A DNA stretch of 64,000 nt from Octopus sinensis (lineage: Eukaryota): contig NC_042997.1 of the NCBI RefSeq assembly GCF_006345805.1, positions 118,730,001 to 118,794,000 on the forward strand, written 5' to 3'. The notes below the pieces were generated by a model. It saw only the letters and a program-made list of their open reading frames with translations. It was not told the DNA's origin and made no database searches. Made by a program: the position numbers and the translations under genes. Shown here in pieces: positions 25,474 through 38,077 of the stretch; the first letter of the stretch is position 1, and every line of letters begins with the position of its first letter.

Positions 25474-25644
25474 TAAATATTAGGGAATAATCCAAATTTA
25501 CAGGGAAAAAAACAGATTAGGATTAAATCCAATTTTATAGTAAAATATTATAAAATATTATTAGAGACAAAACCACTATTTTGCAAAACAAACAAGGAAA
25601 GACTTAATCAATACATAAAATTTTAATAAATAGTCAAAAAAACC

Positions 25645-25690
25645 GTCACTACAATCGTTTCTTGTCTTGATCGACAATCTTCAAGTGGAC
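25645..25690 (-). ncRNA. hammerhead ribozyme, mutated copy (C3->U, weakened stem I)
   Basis: Minus strand: gtccac TTGAAGA ttgtc-gatcaa-gacaa GAAA cgattg TA gtgac. Confidence 0.7.
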
Positions 25691-26124
25691 TTCCAATCTA
25701 AAAAATCAATATTTTAAAATATAAAAATAATAATTTTAAAATAATTAAAGTATGAATTAAAAAATATAAGTATATAATCCATATATAACCTATATATAAT
25801 CCATATATAATCAATATATAAACAATATATAAACTAAAAAAAACCTATCAACAATTAAATATAAACTATAAAATATAAAATATAAAATATAAAACAAAAC
25901 AAAAATAATAATAATATAATAATAAACTATATATACACCCATACACATATACCTAATTATATATAACCATATCTAACTACATACACTAAATCACACACCT
26001 ATATATATATCCCTATACATACACATAAAAACGTCTAGGCAACTATAAATAAATAAAATAGCTAAATACTTCAACACAATACTTATTCATACTCCCACAC
26101 ACACACACATACAACCCACATTCA

Positions 26125-27205
26125 CGCTCTAGAAAACGGACATCACTCAAAACTATGAACGGAGAAATGGAATAAATGGAATTAAAAATTATATTCACTT
26201 GGTAAAAACGAACACTACTTAAAAATTATGAATGAAACAATGCAATAAAACAACAGACATCGCAAATAGACACAAATTACTACGAATTCCTTAACAAACC
26301 TATCATGATAAACCAAAAACTCATAAAAACATATAATGATAAAATCTCCCTTTACTAAACTCTGTAACAAACCTATATAGCAATCCCCCTAACCTAAACA
26401 TTCACACACAAATACACACACGTAAACCACACACCCACGACATATACAAATACCCACACCACTTACACATACCAATACATATATATAACCTCAACATATA
26501 CTCCAAAAACCCACTCAACCCCACACAGACAAATAAACACAAAAATTATGAATGGATTCTTTTATAAAACTACATGAAAAGCTAAAACTCACAAAACAGA
26601 AATGATAAAACCTCCCTTTACTAAACACTATAAATACTTATATAGCAATCCCTTTAACCTATACATTCACACACAAAAACACACACGTAAACCACACACC
26701 CATAACAAATACAAACACCCACCCCACTCACACACACCCACAAGTACATATAAGCCTCAACATATACACCAAACAAAATTACTTTACCAAGGAACTTAAC
26801 ATATGTATAAAAATTATAACCGCTCTAGAAACGAACATCTCTAAATTAATGAATGGAGAAATGGAATAAATGGATTAAAAATAATATTCACGTGGCAAAA
26901 CGAACACCACTCAAAATTATGAATGAAACAATGTAATAAAACAACCAACATCGAAAATAGACAAATTACCACGAATTCCCTAAAAAAACCATGATAAACC
27001 AAAACTCTTAAAAACATATAACGATAAAAACTCCCTTTGCTAAACTCTATACAAACCTATATAATAATCCCCCTAACCTAAACATTCACACACAAATACA
27101 CACACGTAAACCACAGACCCACGACTTATACACATACCTATATAACTTATAAACCTCAATATACACCAAAACCCACTCACTCCCCACACAGACAAATTAA
27201 CACAT
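26125..27205. repeat. diverged ~700-bp-period direct repeats with sub-repeats
   Basis: cgctctaga..ggagaaatggaataaatgga..ccctaacctaaacattcacacacaaatacacacacgtaaaccac at 26125 and 26821; partial copies at 26601, 27640 and 27900. Confidence 0.85.
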
Positions 27206-28403
27206 ACATCCCAAAACCTAAATAACAAACCCATATACACATTCACACACAAACACACACACACGCAAAACACACACACACAACGGATACATATACTCCC
27301 TCACATATATGCATATACATACTCACTAAACTCGATATATACAACAATATTTACACACCCACACTCATACAGATAAATAAATTATACAACTAAAAACTCA
27401 CACACAAACTCATATACATAACACTCCTATGAAAACAACATTAAATACATCGTAATTAACCAGAATATCAAAAATAACAATATGACATAAGGATAAATAA
27501 AAGACATACTTACAAGTCAGTTTCAAATTATGAAGTGAAATTAAATTCTTAGCCGTTAAAAAAATCAAACCAAAATTACGTTACCATAGAAATAACTTAT
27601 GTAAAAAAAGAATACGCGCCATGGAAAGTAAACGTCATTTAAATTATGAATGGAGAAATAGAATAAATGGAACTAAAAACTATATCCACGTGGCAAACCA
27701 ACACTACTTAAAAAAATTTATTATGAATGGATTCTTTAAAAAACTACCATGAAAAATCATTATATACATTTATGAGCTTTAGCTCACCTTAGCAGCTCTA
27801 ACAAACAACTTGCAGTAACCCAAACCCATTCCCTATGCCTACCTCACTACTACACTATTCCATTCACAATTCCAAGCAACGCTAGTCCACCACCCGGTTA
27901 TTCACGTCGCAAAACGAACACCACTCAAAAATTATGAATGAAACAATGTAATAAAACAACCAACAACACACATATATACACACATATATATATATATATA
28001 CACACACATATATATACACACATATATATATACACACACATATATATACACATATATATATATATACACACACACATATATATACATATATTTATACATA
28101 TATAGCTATATATACACATATATATACATATATATACATATATACATACACATATATATACATATATACATACACACATAAACACATATATGCATACACC
28201 ACACACACACAGACAGACACATATCTCAAGCTCCTTTGCTGAATGACATTTCCAGGGTGATGATGATGATGAACGACAATAATGGTTGGTGGTGGTCGTG
28301 GTGGAATGGGGAGTTGGGGGGAGGGCATACATACGAATGACGAGAGTTTGTTGGGGGTGGGGTGAGGGTGAGAGGGAGGCGATATTGATTTTTTAGATTG
28401 GAA

Positions 28404-28449
28404 GTCCACCTGAAGATTGTCGATCAAGACAAGAAACGATTGTAGTGGC
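28404..28449 (+). ncRNA. minimal type-I hammerhead ribozyme (Penelope-type)
   Basis: ccac CTGAAGA ttgtc-gatcaa-gacaa GAAA cgattg TA gtgg: intact core, 5-bp stem II, 4-bp stem I, self-complementary stem III (ACGATTGT), GUA cleavage triplet. Confidence 0.85.
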
Positions 28450-28535
28450 GGTTTTTTTGACTATTTATTAAAATTTTATGTATTGATTAAGTCTTTCCTT
28501 GTTTGTTTTGCAAAATAGTGGTTTTGTCTCTAATA

Positions 28536-28591
<56 letters not shown>

Positions 28592-28760
28592 AATATTTTA
28601 GATATAGGACAAAATGAAAATAAATACCATAAATACCAGAGTGTCATGTTCGTTGACACCACCCGTAGAGGTGGACTGGCATACCGCTTTAGAAGGACCC
28701 TAGACAAACTTAAGCTAAGGATTAAGGTTGTTGAAAAGCCAGACAACCCTATGAAATCTA

Positions 28761-30625
28761 AAGTAACCACTGACCCTATAGCAGGATTACCAACAAGACC
28801 AGTCTGTGGAGCGAATATCGCTAGCAAATATAGAATCCCCTACTTCCTCTCAATGATCATACACCCTATAATCCGGATGTCACCTAATGTTTGTGACAGC
28901 ACTGAAGATCTCCTCAGCAGGATCAATGACTGTAACAACACTTGTGACCTGACAGGATGTGTGGTGGGTAGCATGGATGTGGTATCCCTATACCCATTGA
29001 TCGACGTAGATTTTGCGGTGAAGAAGTGCATGGAGATGATCAACGAGAGCAAGGTGGAGTTCCGCAATGTCAACACAGAGGAACTGGGCCTCCTACTTAG
29101 ACTGACATGTGACAATGAATACCTAGATAAACATAATCTTAGTAGTTTCTGACCCAGTAGATGTTTAAGAGGTAGATCACCCACAATTACTTCTATGGCT
29201 AGGAAGACCCATAAGGAGAGATGGCGCGGATTGACCAGAGCCATACGAAGCCCCGCAAATGTCCATCAAGTAAAGAAAATGATCGCACATGCACTACGAG
29301 CTAGTATAAGAGTTACCCTAAAAGGCCACACGTTTAAGTTTAACAATAAAATATATGCCCAGGACGAGGGGGAAGCCATCGGCGTTAGTATCGCTGGTGA
29401 TGTGGCTAACCTTTTCATGATATAGTGGGACAGAAGGCTTAAAGAACGCCTAACACAGAACTCCATACTCGTAAACATGTACTCTCACTATGTTGATGAT
29501 ATCAACATAGTGGTAAAGACACCCCCACAAGAGAGTACTGTTGATATAGTAATAGAAAATAATACTATGGAGAGCATCCAGCAAATAGCTAACTCCATCC
29601 ACCAGAGTATTAAGGTCACAATAGACTACCCCACTAAACACCTCAACCATAGACTACCAGTACTAGACACAGGACTCTGGCTAGAAACTGTGAATAATAA
29701 AACCCAAATCCTTCATTCGTACTATGCCAAACCTATGGCCTCAAAATACTTGATCCACCAGAACTCAGCCATTGCGGACAATGCCAAATTCAATATTTTG
29801 ATGGCAGACCTCGTCAGAATAATGAGAAATGTGTCACGCATGTGCGAGTCTACAGGATTGAAGAGACACATACAATATTCCATTCACCGCATGCAGTTCT
29901 CAGGTTACTGCCATAAAGAAAGGATCAGAGTATACAAAGGAGCCATTAAGAAATTTGATAATATATTATGTAATGATAGGAATGGGATTTGCCCACTCTA
30001 TAGGAACAAGTCATGGAACACTATAGAAAGGACAAAAAAGAAAATAGGGAAGGTCAACTCTTGGTATGATAGCCATAAATACCAGAGTGTCATGTTCCTT
30101 GACACCACCCCTGGAGGTGAACTGGCGTACCGCTTTAGAAGGACCCTAGACAAACTTAAGCTAAGGATTAAGGTTGTTGAAAAGCCAGGCAACCCTATCA
30201 AATCTATAATAAGTAGAACCTACCCTTTTAGTAGAACCCCCTGTACGGATAAGTAATGAAATGTATGTAGATTTAGTCCACAAACAAATTGTAAAGCCAG
30301 AAATGTAGTCTATAGTATAAGATGTATAAAGGGACGATGCAGTAATAAGACAACGACATACGTAGGGGAAACGACAAGAAGCATAGGAGAGCGGGTAAAT
30401 GTACATTGGAGAGGACTTAAGTAAGGTAAAAGCTCATCGATCCTGTACCAACACGCCAAACAGGAACACGGGGGATCAATCAACAACATAGAAATTAAAA
30501 TATTGTCCACACATAAAACAGATGCAACTATCAGACAAATTACAGAAGCTACACACATAATGCAAGATAAACCTAGCCTGAATAGGAAACTGGAATGGAA
30601 CACTAGCACACACCACAACATATGA
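28761..30625 (+). pseudogene. Penelope-like element ORF: reverse transcriptase + Cys linker + GIY-YIG endonuclease, disrupted
   Basis: PTRPVCGA, SMDVVSLYP, YAQDEGEAIG..VANLFM, YVDD, LPVLD, C-x-C linker, NVVYSIRC..YVGETTRSIGER; several stops and frameshifts (ORFs 28499-29152, 29195-29425, 29477-30256). Confidence 0.9.
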
Positions 30626-31065
30626 CGGTAGAGGATCCCCATAATCTGGTTTACAATATAAACCGAAAACATAATAAATAAAATACACAGATAAATAAAC
30701 AAATAGAAATAAATAACTATATAAGTTTTTTTGTTTAATTTAAAAGATTTTAAGAATGTATTATTATTATTATTATTATTACTAGTATTGTTGTTATACA
30801 TACATACAAGCATACGTAATGATAATAATAATAAGTTGATGTAAACACATGAAGAAAATAAACAAAAACAACAACAACAAAAACAAATTACATGAACGTA
30901 TATAAACAGAAGATACAAATATTACAGGCATCCCCCCTCTCACACACTAAATAAACATAGACACACATAGAGATAAAAGCACGCGCAAATGAAGACATAC
31001 AATAGAAATGCAAAATGGCTGACGGTTAGTAAGGAGAGACACAAATAAGAAAGAAGAAAGCAAAA

Positions 31066-31109
31066 GACCACTGATGCGGTCACAGGAGTGTGACGGAAGA
31101 ACTCTGGCC
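31066..31109 (+). ncRNA. decayed hammerhead-like motif in the 3' UTR of the Penelope-like element
   Basis: gacca CTGATGc g-gtcac-aggagt-gtgac-g GAAg aac TC tggcc; 5-bp stem II retained, core substitutions present. Confidence 0.45.
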
Positions 31110-31274
31110 GAAATAAGATTAAGATTAATGTAAAAAATAAATAACACCGAAGCAAAATAACACCAGATATATAGTGCGTGTGTTTTTATTGGCTAAACTG
31201 GCAAAATGACCATTCCGAAATATAACAATATCTGTTTCAACACACGACTTCACATAAAAAATCTTGCACAACAA

Positions 31275-31306
<32 letters not shown>

Positions 31307-31420
31307 AATATGTATATATATTTATATATATATAACTATATATATAAGTGTGTGTGTATATACATATATATACATATATACATGCGGGAGCGCACATACC
31401 ACACACATTCACACATATAT

Positions 31421-32290
31421 GGGGACGGTTTGCGACACACTCCCAACTCGAACAAACCAGCAAGGTTTGTTGGGCAATTAGCTGCGTAGGTCTTGTGAGC
31501 AAAAGGGCAGCACGGCACCATGGCACACATCTTGTCAAGCTGCAAAATAGAACTTACTAAATGGAAGTACAGGTGACGCCATGCAAAGACGCTTGCAACA
31601 CTCGCTCACCCCCTGGAACAGAAAAGGCTCAACAAACATCAACAAATGGAGGCAACGACAGCAGTACTTTTCAAGTTCATGAAGGGAGACGAAAAGCCGG
31701 TGAAAACAGGAAAAAAAAAAGAGATTATCTATTACATGGGGTTCCTCAGGGAATATGAAATCAGATCTAGGGTAAAGATTGCAGTTTACTGCGGTTGTCC
31801 GTACAACCCTGCGGCAAGGGTCGGTTTGTGGCCTGAAAAGCTAAAGAAAATAATCTTGATGGAGCTTGCAGTCCCCTGGGAAGAAGGGTATGATGACGGC
31901 CTTTGGGTGGAAGCGTGTTAAGTACGAGAGACTTTAGCAGGATAGCAGAGAGGAAAGGTAGCACTGATGACTTTTCCAAGCCGAGGCTAGCTGTAGGAGA
32001 TTCCCTGCTTAGTCAGTAAGGAGGGAGATTACAACCATTGGAATAAAAGAAAAAGTGCGAAGGGCTGATGAGTGCAGCATGCATGAGGCAGCAGAAAGGG
32101 CCTACTGCTAATTGTAGAGGAAGAGAGAGGTGACAAGCTGCAAACTGGGAGGGCGACAGGAGCAGTTATTTGGCCACAGTTGCTAATCTCTCACGGTTGA
32201 GCATCGAAACCCCCAATGACCGTTGAATACTGTCTAATAGCATCAGCCCCTACTGGCCAAAACTCCATTTATATTGGTGCACCTTCATAA
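31421..32290 (+). mobile_element. HERO-like (R2-group) non-LTR retrotransposon 3' remnant
   Basis: DTLPT..GTMAHILSSC..YR*RH (CCHC / WRHD), LWPEKLKKIILMELAVPWEE (REL), AEASCRRF (EVGCRGF), EAAERA..RKRE. Confidence 0.8.
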
Positions 32291-32559
32291 ACGAGCACCT
32301 TCTTTTATGTGCTATTAAACACACCCACACACACACTCACACACACATATACACACACACACATATACACACACACACATAACATGCAAAAATCCCATTC
32401 GGTCAAGAATGACCATAGGATTGCCCTTAGAAAATTACCCTTCAAGACACAAGTCCGCACAAGGTTGTTTGTTAAAGACCACCAGTTGCTCATCGCTACA
32501 GGATCCTCCTCTCCTAGCCACCACTGTCGTGTAAGGGACACCAAGAGCTTGGGATCAAT

Positions 32560-32718
32560 GACGTAGCAACTGAATTTAATAGTTTAGTGAACTGGAGCAA
32601 TGTGAAATAAAGAGTCTTGTTCAAGAGCAAAAAAAACCCAGCTCCAGCAGAGAATCGAACTTACAACTTCACGATTGCAAGCCTGACACTCGATGTACTG
32701 GGCTATGCGTCTTCACAA
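32560..32718 (-). mobile_element. CORE-type SINE head, degraded
   Basis: Minus strand: aagttcgattctc..gctcttgaacaagactctttatttcacattgctccagttcact. Confidence 0.6.
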
Positions 32719-33028
32719 ACGCATACACATGCACTCACGCACACTCACACATGCATACATACACTCGTTTATGTACATTACAAATGTTTATGATACAGAT
32801 TCGTTGTCTAAAGATTTGATAACATCATAGTATTGAAATGAATCAAGCATATGATAAAAAGCAGAGAAGATAAATAAATGAATACACAGAGAGCTAGAAT
32901 ACACTAATCATATTTACCATTAATATTATTATGTAGTAATGCTGAATTGCCAATCGAATCAACCAGGTCCACACTGGGATCAGATAAACAAAGCGATGTA
33001 GTAAAACAGAAATAGAAAAATAGAATTC

Positions 33029-33272
33029 GTTCTGTCTGGGGAGTGTCATTCTCCTTTAGTGCCTTATAACTGAACACATTCACCGGTAAAATTTCCATTC
33101 GTTTACTTATTTATTTATTTTTCTAAAATTTTCGTTGCGTCTCGTAATCTTTTCAATAGTTGTTGACTCTGTCCGTTATTCAATCTGCGTTCTTTTCGTT
33201 TTCTTTTTTTTTTACCAGTCAGTGTGTTAAATTATAAGGCGCTAAAAGAGAACGACTCTCCCCAGACACAAC
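33029..33272. repeat. fold-back: ~63-bp imperfect inverted repeats around a ~118-bp spacer
   Basis: gttctgtctggggagtgtcattctcctttagtgccttataactgaacacattcaccggtaaaa (33029-33091) versus its approximate reverse complement at 33210-33272. Confidence 0.8.
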
Positions 33273-33488
33273 AGAATACGCTTCAACTCACGAACTCACT
33301 CAAAAAATCCAAAAACGAAAGAAAAATAGAAGTTATAGTAATTAGGGGCGAGCAGACCGACAAGATAATAGGCTAAAATTAGTATGGTGTAGGAAGGACA
33401 TACGAAACGTTTGTGGACATCGTATTATTACCGTACTTCGCTTGTTTATGAAATGTGAATCACATTTAATTATTTCTTGTCTCATATA

Positions 33489-33680
33489 TACTCTTTTACT
33501 TGTTTCAGTCATTTGACTGTGGCTATGCTGGATCACCGACTTTAGTCGAGCAAATCGACCCCAGGACTTATTCTTTGGAAGCCTAGTACTTATTCCATCA
33601 GTCTCTTTTGTCGAACCGCAAAAGCATCGGTTGTCAATCGATGTTGGGGGAGGGGGGCAAACACAGACACACAAAGGTAT

Positions 33681-33717
<37 letters not shown>

Positions 33718-33862
33718 CATATATACGGCGGCTTCTTTCAGTTTCCGTGTACAAATTATTGTCTATGGTAGAAGACTCTTTCTCAAGGTGCCACGCAGTG
33801 GGACTGAAGCCGGAACCATGTGGTTGGTAAGCAAGCTACTTACCACACAGACACTCCTGCAT
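33489..33862 (-). mobile_element. SINE family B with internal deletions
   Basis: ctcttttacttgtttcagtcatttgactg..gtgccacgcagtgggactgaagccggaaccatgtgg. Confidence 0.85.
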
Positions 33863-34019
33863 CTATATATAAATTGCATAGATTATCATTATATCTATAG
33901 ACATAGGTTTTGCGTATAACATGCCAAGCAATTTTGTACACAATCTGTTTATCAGTACTTTACCCAATGGTGGATGGCCGAAACATTTTTACGATTGTGT
34001 TAGTCTTAAAATTTTGTCT

Positions 34020-34360
34020 CGTAGATCTCCTGAGTTATCTGGTTCTTCAGTACGAGAACTCGGGTGTCTTTGAGAGGAAGACCAACGAGTATGCCGACGA
34101 CACCAAAAACATTTGACATCTGTTATTGGAGACGTTATTACGAACCAGATAAAGCTCGCATGCTCAACGCATTTAGTTGTTTCCGAAGCCGTGTTGAGGC
34201 AGCATTCGAAGTTGATGGTGGTTCCTTCAATAAGATTTTTACTATGTTTATTTAAAACTGTACCAATTTCTATAAAATTACAATTACAATTGTTTGTCCA
34301 ATAAATATTTTTATTTAACTTCAATTAAGATGTAATTCACAAATACCTGACGCACCCGTA
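34020..34360 (+). mobile_element. maT/DD37D-like transposon 3' remnant
   Basis: GVFERKTN..AFSCFRSRVEAAFEVDGG parallels the C-terminus of 41780-42391; ends cacccgTA. Confidence 0.6.
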
Positions 34361-34424
34361 TATATGTGTGTGCGTGTGTGTATGTGTGTGTACGTGTGTT
34401 TCCGTATGTATGTGTGCGTGCATA

Positions 34425-34429
34425 TAAAG

Positions 34430-34460
<31 letters not shown>

Positions 34461-34602
34461 TATATATATATATATATAAATATATATATATATAATATAA
34501 GATATAAGATATAATATAAAAAATATATATATATATATATATAAATATATATATATATAAATATATATATCTATATATATAATATATATATATATATATC
34601 TA

Positions 34603-34634
<32 letters not shown>

Positions 34635-34702
34635 AATATAATATATATATATGTGTGTTTCCGTATGTATGTGTGCGTGCATATATTATATATATATATA
34701 TA

Positions 34703-34741
<39 letters not shown>

Positions 34742-34798
34742 TATAAATATATATATATAATATATATATAAATATATAAATATATATATACATTATAA

Positions 34799-34831
<33 letters not shown>

Positions 34832-34875
34832 TATAATATATATATATATTATATAGATATAAATATATATATATA

Positions 34876-34948
<73 letters not shown>

Positions 34949-34970
34949 TATATAATATATATATATGTGC
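34425..34970. repeat. long imperfect (TA)n arrays
   Basis: Directly visible. Confidence 0.95.
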
Positions 34971-35337
34971 ATATATGTATGCATTTGCGCATACGCATAC
35001 GTACATATATGTGTGCGTGCTTGCGTATGTGTGTGTGTACGTGTGTGTGAGTGTGTGGGTGTCTGTCTAGGGTGAGGTAAGCAAGGGATAATTGATTATC
35101 GTTCTAAAAACGAACTTTAATGTTTTGGTTTTTAAATTTTGCTTCCATTTCGCAAATATAGTATTGCTTTCAGATTTATTAAAGTATGTTGTAGTAATAT
35201 GTGTGGTACCATAAAAGGTTTGGCGTTGTCTGTATATAGATTCTTTTAGCTATAAAATAATCGTGATAAACAATTTTGTCTGGAATATCAACCGAATTTC
35301 ACCATAACTAAAAATATTCAAATACGCTGCCCATCCT

Positions 35338-35468
<131 letters not shown>

Positions 35469-35853
35469 ACACACACCACACATATATATATATACATTTC
35501 TGTGTGTATGTGTGTGTGTTTGCATATGTATATATATATGTATGTATTAATATACATATATCATATATATGCATGTTGTGTATATGTGTTGCGTATATAC
35601 AATTAAATTTGCTTACATGTATATGATATTCATATAATTATATCTTTTAGATATAATCATATATATATATATATATATAAATATTTGTGTATATGTATTA
35701 TATATATATGTGTGTGTGTATAAGGCAAAGATAAATGTTTGTATAAATACATACATAAGGATATGTATATATCCAAATTAATACACATGCATATTTATGG
35801 ACATGGAAATCTCTCACTTCCTTTCTCTCTTTTTCACCCTTTCTCTCTCTGTG

Positions 35854-35886
<33 letters not shown>

Positions 35887-36430
35887 ATACATACACACAC
35901 ACACATAAACATATATATATATTTATACATGGAGGTGTACCTGTATGCGTGTGTATATCTATTTTTAGGCTACCTTGTCTCACCAGCCCCAGCTCTTAGT
36001 TGGTGATATAAAAGATATTATTATTTTGAAAGGCCGAAAGGTTATTATTCAATCGCACAATCGCCTCAAAATACCATAAGTTCAATATAAAGGACATATC
36101 TATTAGGTATATTTCATGGTGATTTGAAATATATCGCTGCAGCCAAAATAGAGATAAAGTTTAAATTAAAAATAATGTCGGACATTTATCAAAATATTTT
36201 ACGTTATTTTTTTTATCTCAACACTGCAAGAAAATATTAAACGTAGCTTGAGAATAATAGAAACTGACAGAATGAAGCTGCCACAAAACGCACTGCTACG
36301 CCAATGTTGAGAGAAGATTTAAGATTTCGGTGATAAAGGTATGGTAAATATCCAAATTTGTCAAATGCCAACGTTTTGAAATTTGATTGGATAATCACTG
36401 TACAAGCACATATCAATGTGTGTGTGTGTA

Positions 36431-36645
36431 CGAAGAGGTGCTGAAAATTTCCTAGTTTTGGGTAAAAGAAAATAGAAGATCAGATAATTGTGATTTTATT
36501 CAACGTATTCCCCTTTCAGATTCGAACACTTATTGCAGCGGTTCTTCAGGGTTTTTTTTACCCTGTAAAAAAACTCGGAAGGTTGGGTCTCCAGCCAGGC
36601 CTTTCGTGATACTCTTAAAATCAAGAAGTTTTCAACACTACCTCG
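36431..36645 (-). mobile_element. mariner-derived MITE
   Basis: Imperfect TIRs cgaagaggtgctgaaaattt / aagttttcaacactacctcg; minus strand encodes mariner C-terminus AWLETQPSEFFY..RCNKC..KGEYVE*. Confidence 0.75.
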
Positions 36646-37496
36646 GTTCCGTGCGCATTGAGAGCTAACAGTGAACTTCATAAGACAGTGAGGCGACTGA
36701 CGTCGCTCTGTTTACTTCGCAAGTTGTGAAATTTGTGTTTTTGTGATCACGTGTAGTCTGCGATTTTGTCATGGAGGGGATCAACGAGACAACGTGAAAA
36801 TTTGCGTTAATTTTGGGAAGTCTGCTTTGGAGGGAATGACCATTCTTGAACAAGCTTGCTGCAAAGAGACAATGGGTCGCACGCAATGTTTCGAGGGGTA
36901 TAGATCCTTCAAAAGATGCAGAACATCCCTGGAAGACAATGAGGAATCTGGAAGACCTGTCATGAGCGTCATCCCTGGGAAAGTGGTTTTGTCCATCGGG
37001 AATTCGTCCCCCTGGGCCAGGCCGTCAATTGAGAGTTTTACTGCGTTGTTTTGAAGCGTTTGAGAGGGCATACAGCTAAAGCGATCGGATCTATGAAGCA
37101 CTGAGTATTGGATTCTTCACGGCGAAGATGCATCCTGTCATTGAGCTCTCCTCACTCGTGAGTTTGTCATAAAAAAAAACAACGTGGTGTCAGTTCCACA
37201 CCCGTCCTATTCTCCCGATTTAGCACCTGCAAACTTCCACTTTTTCCCCGAGATGAAAAGGCAGCTCAAAGGTCGCCGTTTTAACACCGTTGTCAAAACC
37301 AATAGCGAATTTCAGACGGTTCTCGACTCGCTGACGGAATATGACTCCCAGACAGGATTCCAAAAGTGGCAGGAACAATCGTACCGGTGTATTGTTGCAT
37401 AAATTGACCAATGCGAAGGATATGATGTTAAATCTTAGTAAATAAGTTATGTTTTTATAAAACATAACTAGTCCGTGAAATGTTTATATCACCTCG
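36646..37496 (+). mobile_element. mariner transposon relic, internally deleted
   Basis: HTH region (GKSA..TMGRTQCFE..FKR.RTSLED..SGRP) and C-terminal VPHPSYSPDLAPANFHFFPEMKRQLKGRRF; right end ..atcacctcg followed by TA. Confidence 0.85.
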
Positions 37497-38077
37497 TATT
37501 GTTTAAAACAGTTTGATTCGGTTCCTTGGTAGGTCCCTTTACGGTAACCCAATTAATTCAGGTGTCTGGAATGCCAATAGGAAAGAGCCAGGATGTCCAA
37601 GTTGGCTACCGGTAGATAGGCTGCTGCTGGTCAAGGAAGGTCTCATGGTATTGTAGTGAATAATGTCAATTCTTTTACGACACCAGTTCCATTAGAAATG
37701 ACCGCGTAGTTGGACGTGCATGTAAGTATATATACGTTCAGATTTATGTTTTGTTTCCTGTATGTATGTTCATACATATATAGTTAGTTGCATGTCTATA
37801 TCATGCTCATATACTTAAATGATAAACTTCAGGAAAGTTTTACAGATTTTACCGTTCCAGTGATGGCTTGCATCTGTAGTCTTCGAATTAGCTTTTCTAT
37901 TCTGGTTTTGAGAACCTAATTTCTCAAGATTGGTATTTAGGCAACATGTTGCATATCTCAACTGACCCAATGATTACAGGTATAAACCTGAACTTGTAAC
38001 CCAGATAGAGTAACTTCAGATTTCTCAATAGCTCAGCGTTGGTATTCTCTTTTTCGCTGATCTTTAGCTTTATGTGT

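Larger units (their letters stand above)
25468..28545 (+). mobile_element. non-autonomous Penelope-associated element with inverted pseudo-LTRs carrying hammerheads
   Basis: 164-bp inverted repeats at 25549-25712 and 28382-28545 (2 mismatches); (TA)n outside both ends; A/C-rich non-coding interior built of diverged sub-repeats. Confidence 0.75.
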
